Assembly (NCBI GenBank): GCA_042642485.1
Contig: JBHRNN010000001.1
Location: 48,621 to 112,620 of the forward strand
DNA from: Candidatus Saccharimonas sp.
Lineage (GTDB): Bacteria; Patescibacteriota; Saccharimonadia; Saccharimonadales; Saccharimonadaceae
Reading direction: 5' to 3'
Length of the DNA: 64,000 bases
Shown here: positions 47,609 through 58,413 of the stretch, in pieces
Position numbering within the stretch: position 1 is the stretch's first letter
Layout: every line of letters begins with the position of its first letter
Notes under the pieces: generated by a model
The model's input: only the letters and a program-made list of their open reading frames with translations
Told to the model about the DNA's origin: nothing
Databases searched by the model: none
Made by a program: the position numbers and the translations under genes

Positions 47609-49261
47609 ATGCAAAAAGATGTCATTTATATAGATGTAGAAGACGATGTTACTTCAATTATTGGCAAGATAAAAGCCGCTAATTCGAATATCGTTGCTTT
47701 GGTGCCGCCAAAGCGAATCGGGGCGATTCAGAGTGCGGTGAATCTTAAGTTAGTGCATCGCGCAGCTGAGCGGGTCGATAAAAAACTGGTAATTATTACT
47801 AATAATGATGCTTTGTCGACGCTTGCGGGCAGCGCGGGTATTCCGGTGGCCAAAAATTTGCAGAGTCGTCCAGAGTTAGCTGAGATTCCGGCTCTTGAAG
47901 TCAACAGTGACGATGACGTGATTGATGGATCGGAAACGTTGAACGGTGGCGCTAAGCCTAGCATGCTAGCTTCTGGCGATAAGAAAGAGCAGTCGTCTCT
48001 TAATGATGAGCTTAGCAAAATTGAAGATGAAGGAGAGGATGAGCTGCCGTCTTCTAAGGGTAAGGATGGCGGCGATAAGAAATCTGCTGACCAGGCGGAT
48101 AGCAAGTCAAAAAGAAGTCCGAAAATCCCCGATTTTAATACTTTTCGTAAGAAGTTCTTCATTATCGGTGCGGCTGTTATTTTGTTGATCGCCGGTTTGG
48201 TGTGGGCGTTTGTGTTTGCGCCGCGAGCACAGATTGTCATTTCTGCGCAAACTAGTAGCGTAGCTGTTAACACTCATATCAAATCAAGCGCTGCTGTTAA
48301 CACTAGTTTGCAAGATGGTACTGTCAAACTGACGACCAAAACTAGAGAAAAAGCGATTTCTAAAACATTTACAGCTACCGGCAAGAAGGATGTTGGCGAA
48401 AAAGCGACTGGTATAGTAAGCTTTTCGACGCGCGATATTGACAATCTTGGTACAGAAATCCCAGCAGGAACAACTTTGACGACAGATTCTGGCGCCGAGT
48501 ATGTTACCAATGAAGGCGTTAAAATCTCGCTTAGTAATTATCGTAATGCCAAGGTGAAAATTACTGCCGCACGCAGCGGCGCCAGCTATAATGGTGCTAG
48601 CGGTACAGTCAAGGGAGCGCCTAGTGGTATTTCAGCAAGTATTAGCGGCTCGACGACGGGAGGTACTGACAAAACTATTACCGTCGTTCAACAAAGCGAT
48701 ATAAATAAAGCAATGCGCGAACTCGTCACCGAGGACGATAAGAATCAAAACAAAGCTGCTTTGCAAACTGAGTTTGGCAAGGATTACACAATTATCAATG
48801 AGTCATTCGCGGCGGATATCGCTGGCATTAATAAGCCTGCTGTTGATAGCGAGGCTAACGACGGCCAAGCGGCAATTACTGGTACAATGAAGTTCTCGCT
48901 TTCTGGTATTGCTCGCAGCGAGTTTGATACGTTTCTCAAAGCTTACTGCCAGCAGCGCATTGACGGCAAGTCAAACCAGAAAATTTATGATACCGGCAGT
49001 AAAACAGTTTCTCTGACTAATATAGCTATCTCGGGCGATACGATTAATGCGACAGTCTCGGCGAACGGTAAAGTTGGTCCGAAAATTGACGAAGACGCCA
49101 TCAAGGAGTACGTCAAAGGCCAGTCGGTCGGCGAGGTTCAAGAGCGCGTCAAGACAGTTGAAGGCATAAAATCAGTAGATGTGAACCTTTCGCCATTTTG
49201 GGTTTATAGAGTTCCAGATGACACCAAGAAGATAAGCGTAAAGTTTCAGATAGATGGCTAA
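47609..49261 (+). CDS. Bitopic membrane protein with a baseplate-J-like extracellular region
   Basis: Compact N-terminal domain (IYIDVEDDVTSIIGKIK), acidic linker, one TM, then KATGIVSF..IPAGTTLT..V.ITA..GASYN..TTGGTD motifs. Confidence 0.7.
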   Translation: MQKDVIYIDVEDDVTSIIGKIKAANSNIVALVPPKRIGAIQSAVNLKLVHRAAERVDKKLVIITNNDALSTLAGSAGIPVAKNLQSRPELAEIPALEVNSDDDVIDGSETLNGGAKPSMLASGDKKEQSSLNDELSKIEDEGEDELPSSKGKDGGDKKSADQADSKSKRSPKIPDFNTFRKKFFIIGAAVILLIAGLVWAFVFAPRAQIVISAQTSSVAVNTHIKSSAAVNTSLQDGTVKLTTKTREKAISKTFTATGKKDVGEKATGIVSFSTRDIDNLGTEIPAGTTLTTDSGAEYVTNEGVKISLSNYRNAKVKITAARSGASYNGASGTVKGAPSGISASISGSTTGGTDKTITVVQQSDINKAMRELVTEDDKNQNKAALQTEFGKDYTIINESFAADIAGINKPAVDSEANDGQAAITGTMKFSLSGIARSEFDTFLKAYCQQRIDGKSNQKIYDTGSKTVSLTNIAISGDTINATVSANGKVGPKIDEDAIKEYVKGQSVGEVQERVKTVEGIKSVDVNLSPFWVYRVPDDTKKISVKFQIDG

Positions 49262-49652
49262 GCAGTATTTGGCGCTTGACGTCGGCGAGCGGCGAATTGG
49301 CGTGGCATCGGCAAGCAGCGATGTTAAGATTGCCGTACCAGGTGACTGGATTGATGTTGACGGCAAGGAACTCGATGCTATCCGCGAGATGCTGATTGAC
49401 GAATCAATAGATGTTTTGGTAGTGGGTTATCCGCGCAATCAACGAGGCGAGCCGACTGCGCAGACTCGGTATGTCGAAAACTTCGTTGATAGTCTTGGCC
49501 AAATTGAATCTGACATTGTATTCCAGGACGAATCGTTGACGAGCGTCAAAGCAGAGAATATCTTAGCGTCGCAAAAACGTCCGTATAGTAAGGGCGAGAT
49601 TGATTCTATGGCAGCTAGCATTATTTTACAAGATTATTTGGAGGCTCAATAA
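49254..49652 (+). CDS. ruvX: YqgF/RuvX nuclease
   Basis: LALDVGERRIGVA, VVGYP, QDESLTS, IDSMAASIILQDYL. Confidence 0.94.
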   Translation: MAKQYLALDVGERRIGVASASSDVKIAVPGDWIDVDGKELDAIREMLIDESIDVLVVGYPRNQRGEPTAQTRYVENFVDSLGQIESDIVFQDESLTSVKAENILASQKRPYSKGEIDSMAASIILQDYLEAQ

Positions 49653-50944
49653 TGGATGGTTTCAAACGGCAGAATGGCCAACAATTTAATTCTCGGCCGA
49701 ATAATAATCGGCAAGTACCGCCGCTTGGCGCGGCTCCACGTCCTGCGCCTCGTGCTATTGATCCAAATCAGCCAATGGGGCAAAAGGCTAATATTTCGCT
49801 TAACCCCGACCATGACGCTGCGAGTCAGAAGGTATCAAAGAAGAAACGTTGTCTTCGGCGCTGGATGATTGTTTTGATAACGGTCATGGTGTTTTTGACA
49901 GCGGTTTTTGCGGTACTGTTTAAGTGGTACGAGATGCAGCTAAAACCAGTCTCAAGCGATAGCAATAAGGTGTCGGTTACTGTTGAAGACGGCTCCTCGG
50001 TCTCAACAGTTGCCAATACGCTGGCCAGCAAAAATCTTATTCGCAACCGATTAGCTTTTGAAGTTTATGTGCGCCTTAATAATAAGAATAGTATCAAAGC
50101 TGGTACTTGTATGATTGCTCCGTCTGAGTCGGTCGCTGAAATTGTTAACCGTATGAATAATGGTTGTCGTGACTTTAAAACCATTACTTTTTATCCTGGC
50201 GGTACGTTAGAGAGTTCTAAGTATAAGGCTTCGCAGTCGTCTGATGGTGTTGATAAAACGAGCGTCCGTTACATCTTGCGCCAAGCAGGCTACTCTGATG
50301 ATGAGATCTCAAGTGCTTTCAAAGCGAAATATGATAGTCCTCTGTTTGCCGATCGTCCAAGCGGGTCGTCTTTGGAGGGCTACGTTTTTGGGGAGACATA
50401 TCAATTTACGGGCGATGCCACAGCTAAAGATGTTTTACAGACAGTGTTTGATCACATGTACAAGGTTGTGCAGAAAAATGACTTAGTTAATAAGTTTAAG
50501 GCGCAAGGTTTGACGCTTTATCAAGGGTTGACTATGGCTTCGATTGTTGAGCGGGAATTGGGCTGCGAAGATAAGCCGACCGTCGAGCGCAAAAATCGCT
50601 GTTATCAATACCAGCGGGGTATTGCGCAGGTGTTTATAGCTCGCTACAAGAAAAACATGCAGCTTGGTTCTGATGTAACCTTTATTTATGCTGCAGACAA
50701 AGCTGGTGTTAAGCCTAAGGTGGATATTGATTCTCCGTATAATACTCGCAAGCATACTGGTTTGCCGCCGACGCCAATTGCGACACCTGGCGAATTATCG
50801 CTTAAAGCGGTCGCTGATCCGGCGCCTGGCGATAACTTGTTCTTCATAGCTGGCGATGACGGTTTAATATATTTTGCCAAAACTGATGAGGAACATAAAA
50901 ACAATATTGACAAATACTGCCAGAAGTTGTGTAGTATCGTATAA
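49652..50944 (+). CDS. mltG: Endolytic transglycosylase MltG
   Basis: Single TM; LEGYVFGETY, MASIVERE, LGSDVT, DSPYNTR...GLPPTPI, LFFIA. Confidence 0.93.
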   Translation: MDGFKRQNGQQFNSRPNNNRQVPPLGAAPRPAPRAIDPNQPMGQKANISLNPDHDAASQKVSKKKRCLRRWMIVLITVMVFLTAVFAVLFKWYEMQLKPVSSDSNKVSVTVEDGSSVSTVANTLASKNLIRNRLAFEVYVRLNNKNSIKAGTCMIAPSESVAEIVNRMNNGCRDFKTITFYPGGTLESSKYKASQSSDGVDKTSVRYILRQAGYSDDEISSAFKAKYDSPLFADRPSGSSLEGYVFGETYQFTGDATAKDVLQTVFDHMYKVVQKNDLVNKFKAQGLTLYQGLTMASIVERELGCEDKPTVERKNRCYQYQRGIAQVFIARYKKNMQLGSDVTFIYAADKAGVKPKVDIDSPYNTRKHTGLPPTPIATPGELSLKAVADPAPGDNLFFIAGDDGLIYFAKTDEEHKNNIDKYCQKLCSIV

Positions 50945-50948
50945 AGTA

Positions 50949-50978
50949 TTGACATTAACGCTAGTGATTTGCTATAAT
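50949..50978 (+). promoter_or_regulatory. Sigma70 promoter upstream of the LysM-CHAP gene
   Basis: TTGACA...TGCTATAAT. Confidence 0.7.
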
Positions 50979-51066
50979 ATAGAGTATACACGAGGACTTG
51001 CAGGAACAATTATGAATTATTGCCAGCTCTATCGTGCTCATAATATGATTTTCTAGGAGAACCATT

Positions 51067-52266
51067 ATTAGTACGCAACCAAATCGAGTTAAAACTAATT
51101 TTGTACCGAGCGCAAAGGCTCATTCTAGCAAAACTAAAAGGCGCGGTGGTGTTTCTTGGACTTCCGTAGTATCGTATGTCGGCGTTTTTCTATTCATAGC
51201 AACGCTAATTGCTATCGGACAACGTCCAGTCGGCGTTCAGGAAGGTAGTAATAATACGCCGCTGGCTAATGCTTCTACCTCAAGCACTAAAAATACTGTA
51301 GCAGCTGCAACTTCCGCTAGTACGGTAGATCCAGTTGTCGCTACGAACATAGCTTCGTCGCTAGCAGACACTACCAGCATGCCAGTTAGCGCTAATGTAG
51401 CGACACTTTCTCAGACGCTGACTATTGAAACGGTAATGTCGCAGACCTCCAGCAACGCGATTAGCAAGCCGCAGATTGTCCAGCCGACAGCTAATTCTCG
51501 GGCAGCTACTACTTATGTTACTAAGGCTGGTGATACGGTTGATACAGTAGCCAGTAAGTATGGGCTCAAGAAAGAGACTATAGCTTGGGCCAATAATCTA
51601 TCGTCTGATGCGCTGGAGCCAAATACTACTTTAACAATTCTGCCAGTTGATGGTGTTCAGCATACCGTTAAGGCGGGTGACTCTGTTGATAGTATCGTTG
51701 CCAAGTATGGCGGTAATAAGGCCGATGTGGTGTCGTATAATGACCTGGAACTCGCTGGCTCGCTGACTGAAGGCAAGAATATTATTGTTCCTGGCGGTGC
51801 TTTGCCAGAAAATGAACGTCCAGGATATGTGGCTCCTCGTGCTGCGGCTAGTAATCGGCGCAGCGCTTATGGATATGGGTCGGGCCTGGGCGGTTACGGA
51901 AGCAATTATAATGGGGTTATCTCTGCCGGTAACAAATATGCGTGGGGGAACTGTACTTGGTACGCTTACGAGCGCCGAATGCAGCTAGGACGCCCAGTTG
52001 GTAGTTTCTGGGGTAATGCTAGTACTTGGGCTTATGCGGCAGCAGCGGCTGGATTGGCAGTTAATGGTACGCCGGCGCCTGGCGCAATAATGCAAAACGG
52101 CGGCGGATACGGTCATGTGGCGATTGTCGAGAGTGTTAACCCGGGTGTGTCGATCACAATTAGCGAGATGAACGGTTATCGCTTTGGTGGTGGCTTCAAC
52201 CGCGTCGGTCATGGCCAGATTTCCTGGGGCGAGGCCACTAGCGGTTACTATAGATATATTCACTAA
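51067..52266 (+). CDS. LysM-LysM-CHAP peptidoglycan hydrolase with N-terminal TM; probable ATT start
   Basis: Frame is open from 51049 with no ATG/GTG/TTG before 51379; AGGAGA at 51055-51060; extension encodes KTKRRG plus TM; two LysM domains; CHAP motifs GNCTWYA, WGNASTW, YGHVAIVE, ISEMN. Confidence 0.85.
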   Translation: MSTQPNRVKTNFVPSAKAHSSKTKRRGGVSWTSVVSYVGVFLFIATLIAIGQRPVGVQEGSNNTPLANASTSSTKNTVAAATSASTVDPVVATNIASSLADTTSMPVSANVATLSQTLTIETVMSQTSSNAISKPQIVQPTANSRAATTYVTKAGDTVDTVASKYGLKKETIAWANNLSSDALEPNTTLTILPVDGVQHTVKAGDSVDSIVAKYGGNKADVVSYNDLELAGSLTEGKNIIVPGGALPENERPGYVAPRAAASNRRSAYGYGSGLGGYGSNYNGVISAGNKYAWGNCTWYAYERRMQLGRPVGSFWGNASTWAYAAAAAGLAVNGTPAPGAIMQNGGGYGHVAIVESVNPGVSITISEMNGYRFGGGFNRVGHGQISWGEATSGYYRYIH

Positions 52267-52285
52267 GTATTTTACAAAACTAATC

Positions 52286-52314
52286 AACACCTCTGTCAAA
52301 TCAGGGGTGTTTTT
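52286..52314 (+). terminator. Intrinsic terminator
   Basis: AACACCTCTG-TCAAAT-CAGGGGTGTT-TTT. Confidence 0.8.
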
Positions 52315-52330
52315 GGTATAATGTGTCTGT

Positions 52331-53635
52331 ATGTTTGTTGATACAGCTAAAGTTTTAGTCCAGGCGGGCCGCGGCGGCGACGGCGCGGTCAGTTTTCGCC
52401 ACGAGATTTACGTTGATAAAGGCGGTCCGGATGGCGGCGATGGTGGTCACGGCGGTAATGTTGTGTTTTTGGCGACGGAACAGCTTAATACGTTATTAAA
52501 ATTTCGTTACAAACCCGAGCTAAAGGCCGAAGATGGTGTCTCGGGCGCCAAGAAAAAAATGGCAGGCCGCGCTGGTAAGGATTTAGTTATTAAAGTGCCA
52601 GTTGGTACTATAGTCAAGCGTGATGGTAAAATCATCGCCGATTTATCTAAACCAAACCAAAAAACTATTATTGCCAAGGGTGGCGATGGCGGCTTTGGCA
52701 ACGCTCACTTTAAATCTAGCGTTCGTCAAACGCCGCGCATGGCAGAGGTCGGTGAACTCGGCGAATCGTTCGAGGCAGAACTAGAATTGAAATTATTGGC
52801 TGATGTCGGTTTGGTGGGTTTCCCTAATGCTGGTAAGTCAACCTTTTTGAGCGTGGTGTCAAATGCTCGCCCTGAAATTGCAGATTATGAGTTCACTACG
52901 TTGACGCCGAATCTCGGTGTAGCTGATGTCGATGACAGTTCGCTTTTAATTGCTGATATTCCAGGGCTGATTGAAGGGGCTAGCGACGGTAAAGGGTTGG
53001 GAGATGCCTTTTTGCGGCACGTTGAGAGGACTGCCGTACTGCTCCATTTGGTGGACGCTTATAGTAACGACGTAGCTGAACGCTACCTGGCGATTCGCCG
53101 CGAACTCAAAAAGTACAGCACTGAACTGGCGTCGCGTCCCGAGATAGTAGCCCTAACTAAATGCGAAGGATTAGATCAGGATATCATTCAAATGCAAATT
53201 GACACCTTAAGAGCTGTCACTAGCGAGGATACGCAGGTTTTCGCTATTTCCTCGGTATCACATAAAGGCGTAATTGATGTACTGAGAGCTCTGCAGGTGC
53301 AAGTTGTAGCAATGCGCGCAGCTGAGAATGAGCAGAAGCAGACTGACGATTTGAATAACGATAAACTTGAGACAATCACTCTCAGTGGCAACGAGACGAT
53401 CTCGAGCAGTTGGGAAGTTTCATACGATGCTGATAAGCAAATCTACCGCGTGTTTGGCGGCAAGATAGAAAAATTTGCTCGCCGCACCAATTTTGATCAG
53501 TTTGAAAGCGTCAATCGTTTACGCGATATCATGCGCCGTTATGGTATCGCGCACGAGCTAATGCGCCAAGGCGCTACTGGTGATAGCTTGGTGCAGATTG
53601 GCGAATCGACGCCGTTTACGCTGGTTGAGCAGTAG
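52331..53635 (+). CDS. obgE: GTPase ObgE/CgtA
   Basis: MFVD..GRGGDG, GGPDGGDGG, GFPNAGKST, FTTLTP, DIPGLIEGA. Confidence 0.97.
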   Translation: MFVDTAKVLVQAGRGGDGAVSFRHEIYVDKGGPDGGDGGHGGNVVFLATEQLNTLLKFRYKPELKAEDGVSGAKKKMAGRAGKDLVIKVPVGTIVKRDGKIIADLSKPNQKTIIAKGGDGGFGNAHFKSSVRQTPRMAEVGELGESFEAELELKLLADVGLVGFPNAGKSTFLSVVSNARPEIADYEFTTLTPNLGVADVDDSSLLIADIPGLIEGASDGKGLGDAFLRHVERTAVLLHLVDAYSNDVAERYLAIRRELKKYSTELASRPEIVALTKCEGLDQDIIQMQIDTLRAVTSEDTQVFAISSVSHKGVIDVLRALQVQVVAMRAAENEQKQTDDLNNDKLETITLSGNETISSSWEVSYDADKQIYRVFGGKIEKFARRTNFDQFESVNRLRDIMRRYGIAHELMRQGATGDSLVQIGESTPFTLVEQ

Positions 53636-53673
53636 GTTTGGGTGTCATCTCGTAGCTTTGCTATACTATAGGT

Positions 53674-55089
53674 ATGGCACAGACATTTTTCTTCTATGAC
53701 TTAGAAACCAGCGGACTAAATCCGCGGCAAGACCGCATCATGCAGTTTGCTGGGCGGCGGACGGACATGAATCTCGAACCGATTGGCGAGCCGTATAATC
53801 TATTGGTGACGCTGAATGATGATACTTTGCCGAGTCCTGATGCGCTGATGGTAACCGGCATCACGCCGCAAAAAACGGTTGAGGAAGGCTACACCGAAGC
53901 GCAGTTCGCCCGGATGTTGAGTGAGGAGATTTTTACACCCGAGACCATTGCGGTTGGTTTTAATAATATTCGGTTTGACGACGAATTTATCCGCCATTTG
54001 TTGTGGCGCAATTTTCATGATCCGTACGAATGGAGCTGGAAAGACGGTCGCTCGCGTTGGGATTTGCTGGACGTGGTGCGATTGACGCGGGCGCTCAGGC
54101 CGGAAGGAATCAATTGGCCGCTTGATGACAAAGGTGAGCCAAGTAACCGCTTGGAATTAATCACCAGCGCCAACGGTATTGCGCATGAAAATGCTCATGA
54201 CGCCTTGGCGGACGTGACGGCGCTGATTGCCGTGACAAAGTTGATTAAGCAAAAGCAGCCGCAGCTGTATGACTATTTACTAAAAATGCGTGACAAAAAA
54301 GTAGTCCAGCAACTGGTTAATGTAGATGACAAGAAACCGTTTGTCTATGCCAGCGGGCGCTACGATAAAGAATTTGCCAAAACCACGGTGGCCTTTCCAC
54401 TGACGACCAGTCGAAACGGCGGCGTGGTTGCCTATGATCTGCGCTATGATCCGACGCCGTTTGTTGGGCTGAGCGTGGAGGAATTGTCAGCAAAAATCTT
54501 TGCTTCGTGGGAGGAGCGGCAAGCTGAGGATTTCGTCAAATTGCCAGTCAAAGAGTTGCAATACAATCGCTGTCCGGCGGTGGCGCCGCTGGGCGTGTTG
54601 GAACAGGGCGATGGCTGGCGGAAAATTTCGCTTGATCTAAAGACAGTGCAGAAACATCAAAATATTTTACTGAATCACCCGGACTTTGCCGAAAAATTAC
54701 GGACTATTTTTGAAAACAAGCCAGCCTTCAAAAAACTGCCCGATCCAGAAGCGCAATTGTATGATGGCTTTTTGAACGACCGTGATCGTATCCGTGTCGA
54801 AGCGGTGCGCAATGCCGATGAACGCGAGCTGGCTGATTTTCATCCAGAATTTCAGGACGAACGTTTAGCGCCACTATTGCTGCACTACAAAGCACGCAAC
54901 TTTCCGCGTTCGCTCAGTGAAGACAATTTGGCGCAGTGGGAAACCTGGCGGGCTCAGCGCCTGCAGGTGCAGTTACCAGGGTTTATGACGGCTTTGCATC
55001 GTTTAGCGCCAACAGCGACTGACGAGCAGCAGTTTATTTTACAAGAATTGCAATTGTGGGCTGAATCTACATTACCAGCTAGCGATTAG
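53674..55089 (+). CDS. sbcB: Exodeoxyribonuclease I
   Basis: FFYDLETSG, QFAGRRTD, GFNNIRFDDE, RPEGINWP, AHDALADV. Confidence 0.92.
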   Translation: MAQTFFFYDLETSGLNPRQDRIMQFAGRRTDMNLEPIGEPYNLLVTLNDDTLPSPDALMVTGITPQKTVEEGYTEAQFARMLSEEIFTPETIAVGFNNIRFDDEFIRHLLWRNFHDPYEWSWKDGRSRWDLLDVVRLTRALRPEGINWPLDDKGEPSNRLELITSANGIAHENAHDALADVTALIAVTKLIKQKQPQLYDYLLKMRDKKVVQQLVNVDDKKPFVYASGRYDKEFAKTTVAFPLTTSRNGGVVAYDLRYDPTPFVGLSVEELSAKIFASWEERQAEDFVKLPVKELQYNRCPAVAPLGVLEQGDGWRKISLDLKTVQKHQNILLNHPDFAEKLRTIFENKPAFKKLPDPEAQLYDGFLNDRDRIRVEAVRNADERELADFHPEFQDERLAPLLLHYKARNFPRSLSEDNLAQWETWRAQRLQVQLPGFMTALHRLAPTATDEQQFILQELQLWAESTLPASD

Positions 55090-55108
55090 ATCTTTCTTGT
55101 GTCGGCCG

Positions 55109-55369
55109 CTATTCTTTTGGAGGTAATGGACGTTGGATGGTATTTTCTATGTAGGTGAATATGTTTATGACTATCATTGCGTATAGCAATAACATAACCC
55201 AGTATGGTACTGATATGTGCGTGCCAGGTATGGCGCCGACTAGTACGAAATTCATTAGCGAATCGTAAATGTCGTGGCGCAGCAAAAATAGAGGTACACC
55301 GATAAGGCACGCCAATACAACACGAATCTTGATGCTGAGGACAGCGAATAGTTCAATTAATGCTCTCAT
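55109..55369 (-). CDS. Small hypothetical membrane protein
   Basis: 86 aa with two hydrophobic segments and a GAIPGT motif. Confidence 0.6.
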   Translation of the reverse strand: MRALIELFAVLSIKIRVVLACLIGVPLFLLRHDIYDSLMNFVLVGAIPGTHISVPYWVMLLLYAMIVINIFTYIENTIQRPLPPKE

Positions 55370-55519
55370 TTGACTATACTATAGCAAATATACTATAGTA
55401 TGTGCAACGATAAGCACGATACAGTTTTAGTTTATTTGGATGATATTTAAAGTGTAATACGTGCACAGATGTTTTGCGGTAATGGATTTTTTTACCGAAA
55501 AATGCTAAAATAAGTAGTC

Positions 55520-58351
55520 ATGTCAGATAGTATCAAGATCACCGGTGCACGCCAGAATAACTTAAAAAACGTGAGTTTGGAAATTCCACGCGATAGGTTT
55601 GTGGTAGTAACAGGACTTAGCGGCAGCGGTAAATCAAGCCTGGTTTTCGATACTATCTATGCCGAAGGACAACGGCGCTATGTTGAAAGTTTGAGCAGTT
55701 ATGCGCGGCAATTCTTGGGCATCATGGACAAGCCAGATGTTGACTCAATTGATGGATTGAGCCCAGCAATTTCAATAGATCAAAAATCAACCAGCCGTAA
55801 TCCGCGTTCAACAGTTGCCACGGTAACAGAAATTTACGACTATTTACGCTTGTTGTTCGCGCGTGTTGGTGTACCTCATTGTCCGGCGCTTTTGCCAGAT
55901 GGTAAGCGCTGCGGCAAGCCGGTACAACGACGAACAGCACAATCAATTATTGATGAAATCATGAAATTACCTGAAGGCGCAAAATTAATGATCCTGGCGC
56001 CGATTGTCAGTCAGAAAAAAGGCGAGTTTCAGCATATTCCTGAACAGTATATGCGCAGCGGCTTTGCTCGAGCGCGAGTAGACGGCGTAATTTATGCCCT
56101 AGATGAGTTTCCAGAATTACAAAAAAACTATAAGCACGACATCGAACTGGTCGTTGATCGCTTGGTGATGCGTCCAGACATGATTTCGCGTGTATCGCAA
56201 TCAGTAGAACAATCATTAGAATTGGCTGGCGGCATAGTCCAAGTGTTAGATGCTGATAGCGGCAAGATTTTGACTTATAGCCAGCGCTATGCTTGTGTAG
56301 ATCACCCGGGCGAGGAGATTCCTGAATTGGAGCCGCGGTTATTCAGCTTTAACGCGCCGCAAGGTGCTTGTCCGGTATGTACGGGGCTGGGCACACGAAT
56401 GGAGATTGATCCTAGCTTGGTTTTTAACAAAAATTTGACGATTGCTGAGGGTGCGATTCGTCCGTTTAATCGTTTCAGTGTTGATGCTTGGTATATGAAA
56501 CGGCTTGAAGCGGTAGCGGCTGAACATGGTTTTAGTCTACACGTACCAGTGCGCGAACTAAGCGACGATGTGCGGAAATTATTGATGTATGGTACAGGCG
56601 AGCAAAAATATCGCGTTGAGCTAGGTAATGGCCGGCACTATGATTCAACCTTTGAAGGGATTATTCCAAATCTCGAGCGTCGTCACCGCGAAACTGATAG
56701 CGACTTCATGCGCAAAGATATTGAGCGATTTATGCGTGAACGCAAATGCACGGCCTGCAAAGGCGCTCGCCTCAAGCCGGTAGTCTTAGCAGTGACGGTT
56801 AGCGGCTTGTCGATTATGGATATTTGTAATCTAGACGTCGAGAACGCCTTAGATGTCTTTAGTCAGCTGAAATTTGATGATAACGAAATGAAGATCGTCA
56901 AGCTAGTGATTAAAGAGATTAACGCTCGTCTGGGATTTATGAATAACGTAGGGTTGAACTATCTAGAACTGGGGCGAGCTGCTAACACTCTGAGCGGCGG
57001 TGAGGCACAACGGATTCGTCTAGCGACACAGATTGGCTCTGGGCTACAAGGGGTGCTATATGTGTTAGACGAACCGTCAATCGGCTTGCATCAGCGCGAC
57101 AACGATCGATTGATCAAAACGCTCAAGCATTTGCGCGATCTGGGCAATACCGTATTGGTGGTCGAACATGACGAAGAGACAATCGCTGCAGCTGATTTTT
57201 TGGTGGATGTAGGTCCAGGTGCTGGCGTGCATGGCGGCGAGATTGTAGCTGCCGGCACGCCAGCCGAGGTGGCACAGAATCCGGCCAGTATTACCGGACG
57301 ATATTTATCTGGAGCAGAAAAAATATCGGTGCCCAAGAAACGCCGTGCGGTCGAGAAAGATCGCAAACTTGTCGTTCGCGGTGCTAAGGAGAATAACCTT
57401 AAAAATATTGATGTCGAGTTTCCGTTAGGCGTAATGACATTAGTGACTGGCGTTAGTGGTAGCGGCAAATCGACACTAGTCAATGACATTGTAGCCAACG
57501 AATTGACGGCACGTCTACATCGAGCGCAGACTGTGTCCGGCGATCATGATAGAATTGACGGTGTTAAGCAATTAGATAAAGCTATCGTCATTGATCAGTC
57601 GGCGATAGGTCGTACACCGCGTTCTAATCCAGCAACTTATACGGGCGTGTTTACACAGATTCGCGAATTGTTTGCTAATACCCCCGAGGCTAATATTCGC
57701 GGTTACAAAGCAGGGCGTTTTAGTTTCAATGTCAAGGGCGGACGCTGCGAGAATTGCCAAGGCGACGGTGTGATAAAGATTGAAATGCACTTTTTGCCTG
57801 ACGTTTATATACAGTGTCCAGAATGCCACGGCAAGCGTTACAACCGCGAAGCGTTAGAGATTAAATATAAGGGCAAAACTATTAGCGATATTCTAGAAAT
57901 GACGGTCGAGCAAGCCTGCGAGTTCTTTACTAATATTCCAGCCATCTCCCGCAAGCTCGAGACAATTAACGAAGTTGGTTTGGGTTATGTGAAGCTTGGG
58001 CAGCCAGCGACGACGTTCTCTGGAGGTGAGGCGCAGCGCATTAAATTGGCAACAGAGCTATCACGTCGTTCGACTGGTAAAACACTTTATATACTCGACG
58101 AGCCAACGACTGGCTTGCATACTGCTGATGTGCGCAAATTGCTCGAGATTTTACAAAAATTAGTCGATGGTGGTAATAGTATGATAATCATTGAGCATAA
58201 CCTGGAAGTCATTAAATGCGCTGATTGGATTATTGATATGGGCCCGGAGGGCGGACAAGGCGGCGGCAGAGTGGTTGCTGCTGGCACGCCAGAAGACGTC
58301 GCAAACAATCCAGAAAGTCGAACTGGTAAGTACTTACAGAAGCTGTTATAA
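55520..58351 (+). CDS. uvrA: Excinuclease ABC subunit A
   Basis: [10 protein letters not shown], zinc-finger cysteines, [31 protein letters not shown]. Confidence 0.98.
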   Translation: MSDSIKITGARQNNLKNVSLEIPRDRFVVVTGLSGSGKSSLVFDTIYAEGQRRYVESLSSYARQFLGIMDKPDVDSIDGLSPAISIDQKSTSRNPRSTVATVTEIYDYLRLLFARVGVPHCPALLPDGKRCGKPVQRRTAQSIIDEIMKLPEGAKLMILAPIVSQKKGEFQHIPEQYMRSGFARARVDGVIYALDEFPELQKNYKHDIELVVDRLVMRPDMISRVSQSVEQSLELAGGIVQVLDADSGKILTYSQRYACVDHPGEEIPELEPRLFSFNAPQGACPVCTGLGTRMEIDPSLVFNKNLTIAEGAIRPFNRFSVDAWYMKRLEAVAAEHGFSLHVPVRELSDDVRKLLMYGTGEQKYRVELGNGRHYDSTFEGIIPNLERRHRETDSDFMRKDIERFMRERKCTACKGARLKPVVLAVTVSGLSIMDICNLDVENALDVFSQLKFDDNEMKIVKLVIKEINARLGFMNNVGLNYLELGRAANTLSGGEAQRIRLATQIGSGLQGVLYVLDEPSIGLHQRDNDRLIKTLKHLRDLGNTVLVVEHDEETIAAADFLVDVGPGAGVHGGEIVAAGTPAEVAQNPASITGRYLSGAEKISVPKKRRAVEKDRKLVVRGAKENNLKNIDVEFPLGVMTLVTGVSGSGKSTLVNDIVANELTARLHRAQTVSGDHDRIDGVKQLDKAIVIDQSAIGRTPRSNPATYTGVFTQIRELFANTPEANIRGYKAGRFSFNVKGGRCENCQGDGVIKIEMHFLPDVYIQCPECHGKRYNREALEIKYKGKTISDILEMTVEQACEFFTNIPAISRKLETINEVGLGYVKLGQPATTFSGGEAQRIKLATELSRRSTGKTLYILDEPTTGLHTADVRKLLEILQKLVDGGNSMIIIEHNLEVIKCADWIIDMGPEGGQGGGRVVAAGTPEDVANNPESRTGKYLQKLL

Positions 58352-58413
58352 ACGATAATCTTTGCAAAGACTAAAAGCCCAATCTCAGACGAAGGATTCG
58401 GTGCGGATTTGCG

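Noticed and set aside
47609..49261. Prophage or contractile injection system
   Set aside because: No sheath, tube, spike, terminase or integrase genes in the window; the protein has a TM and sits among core genes.
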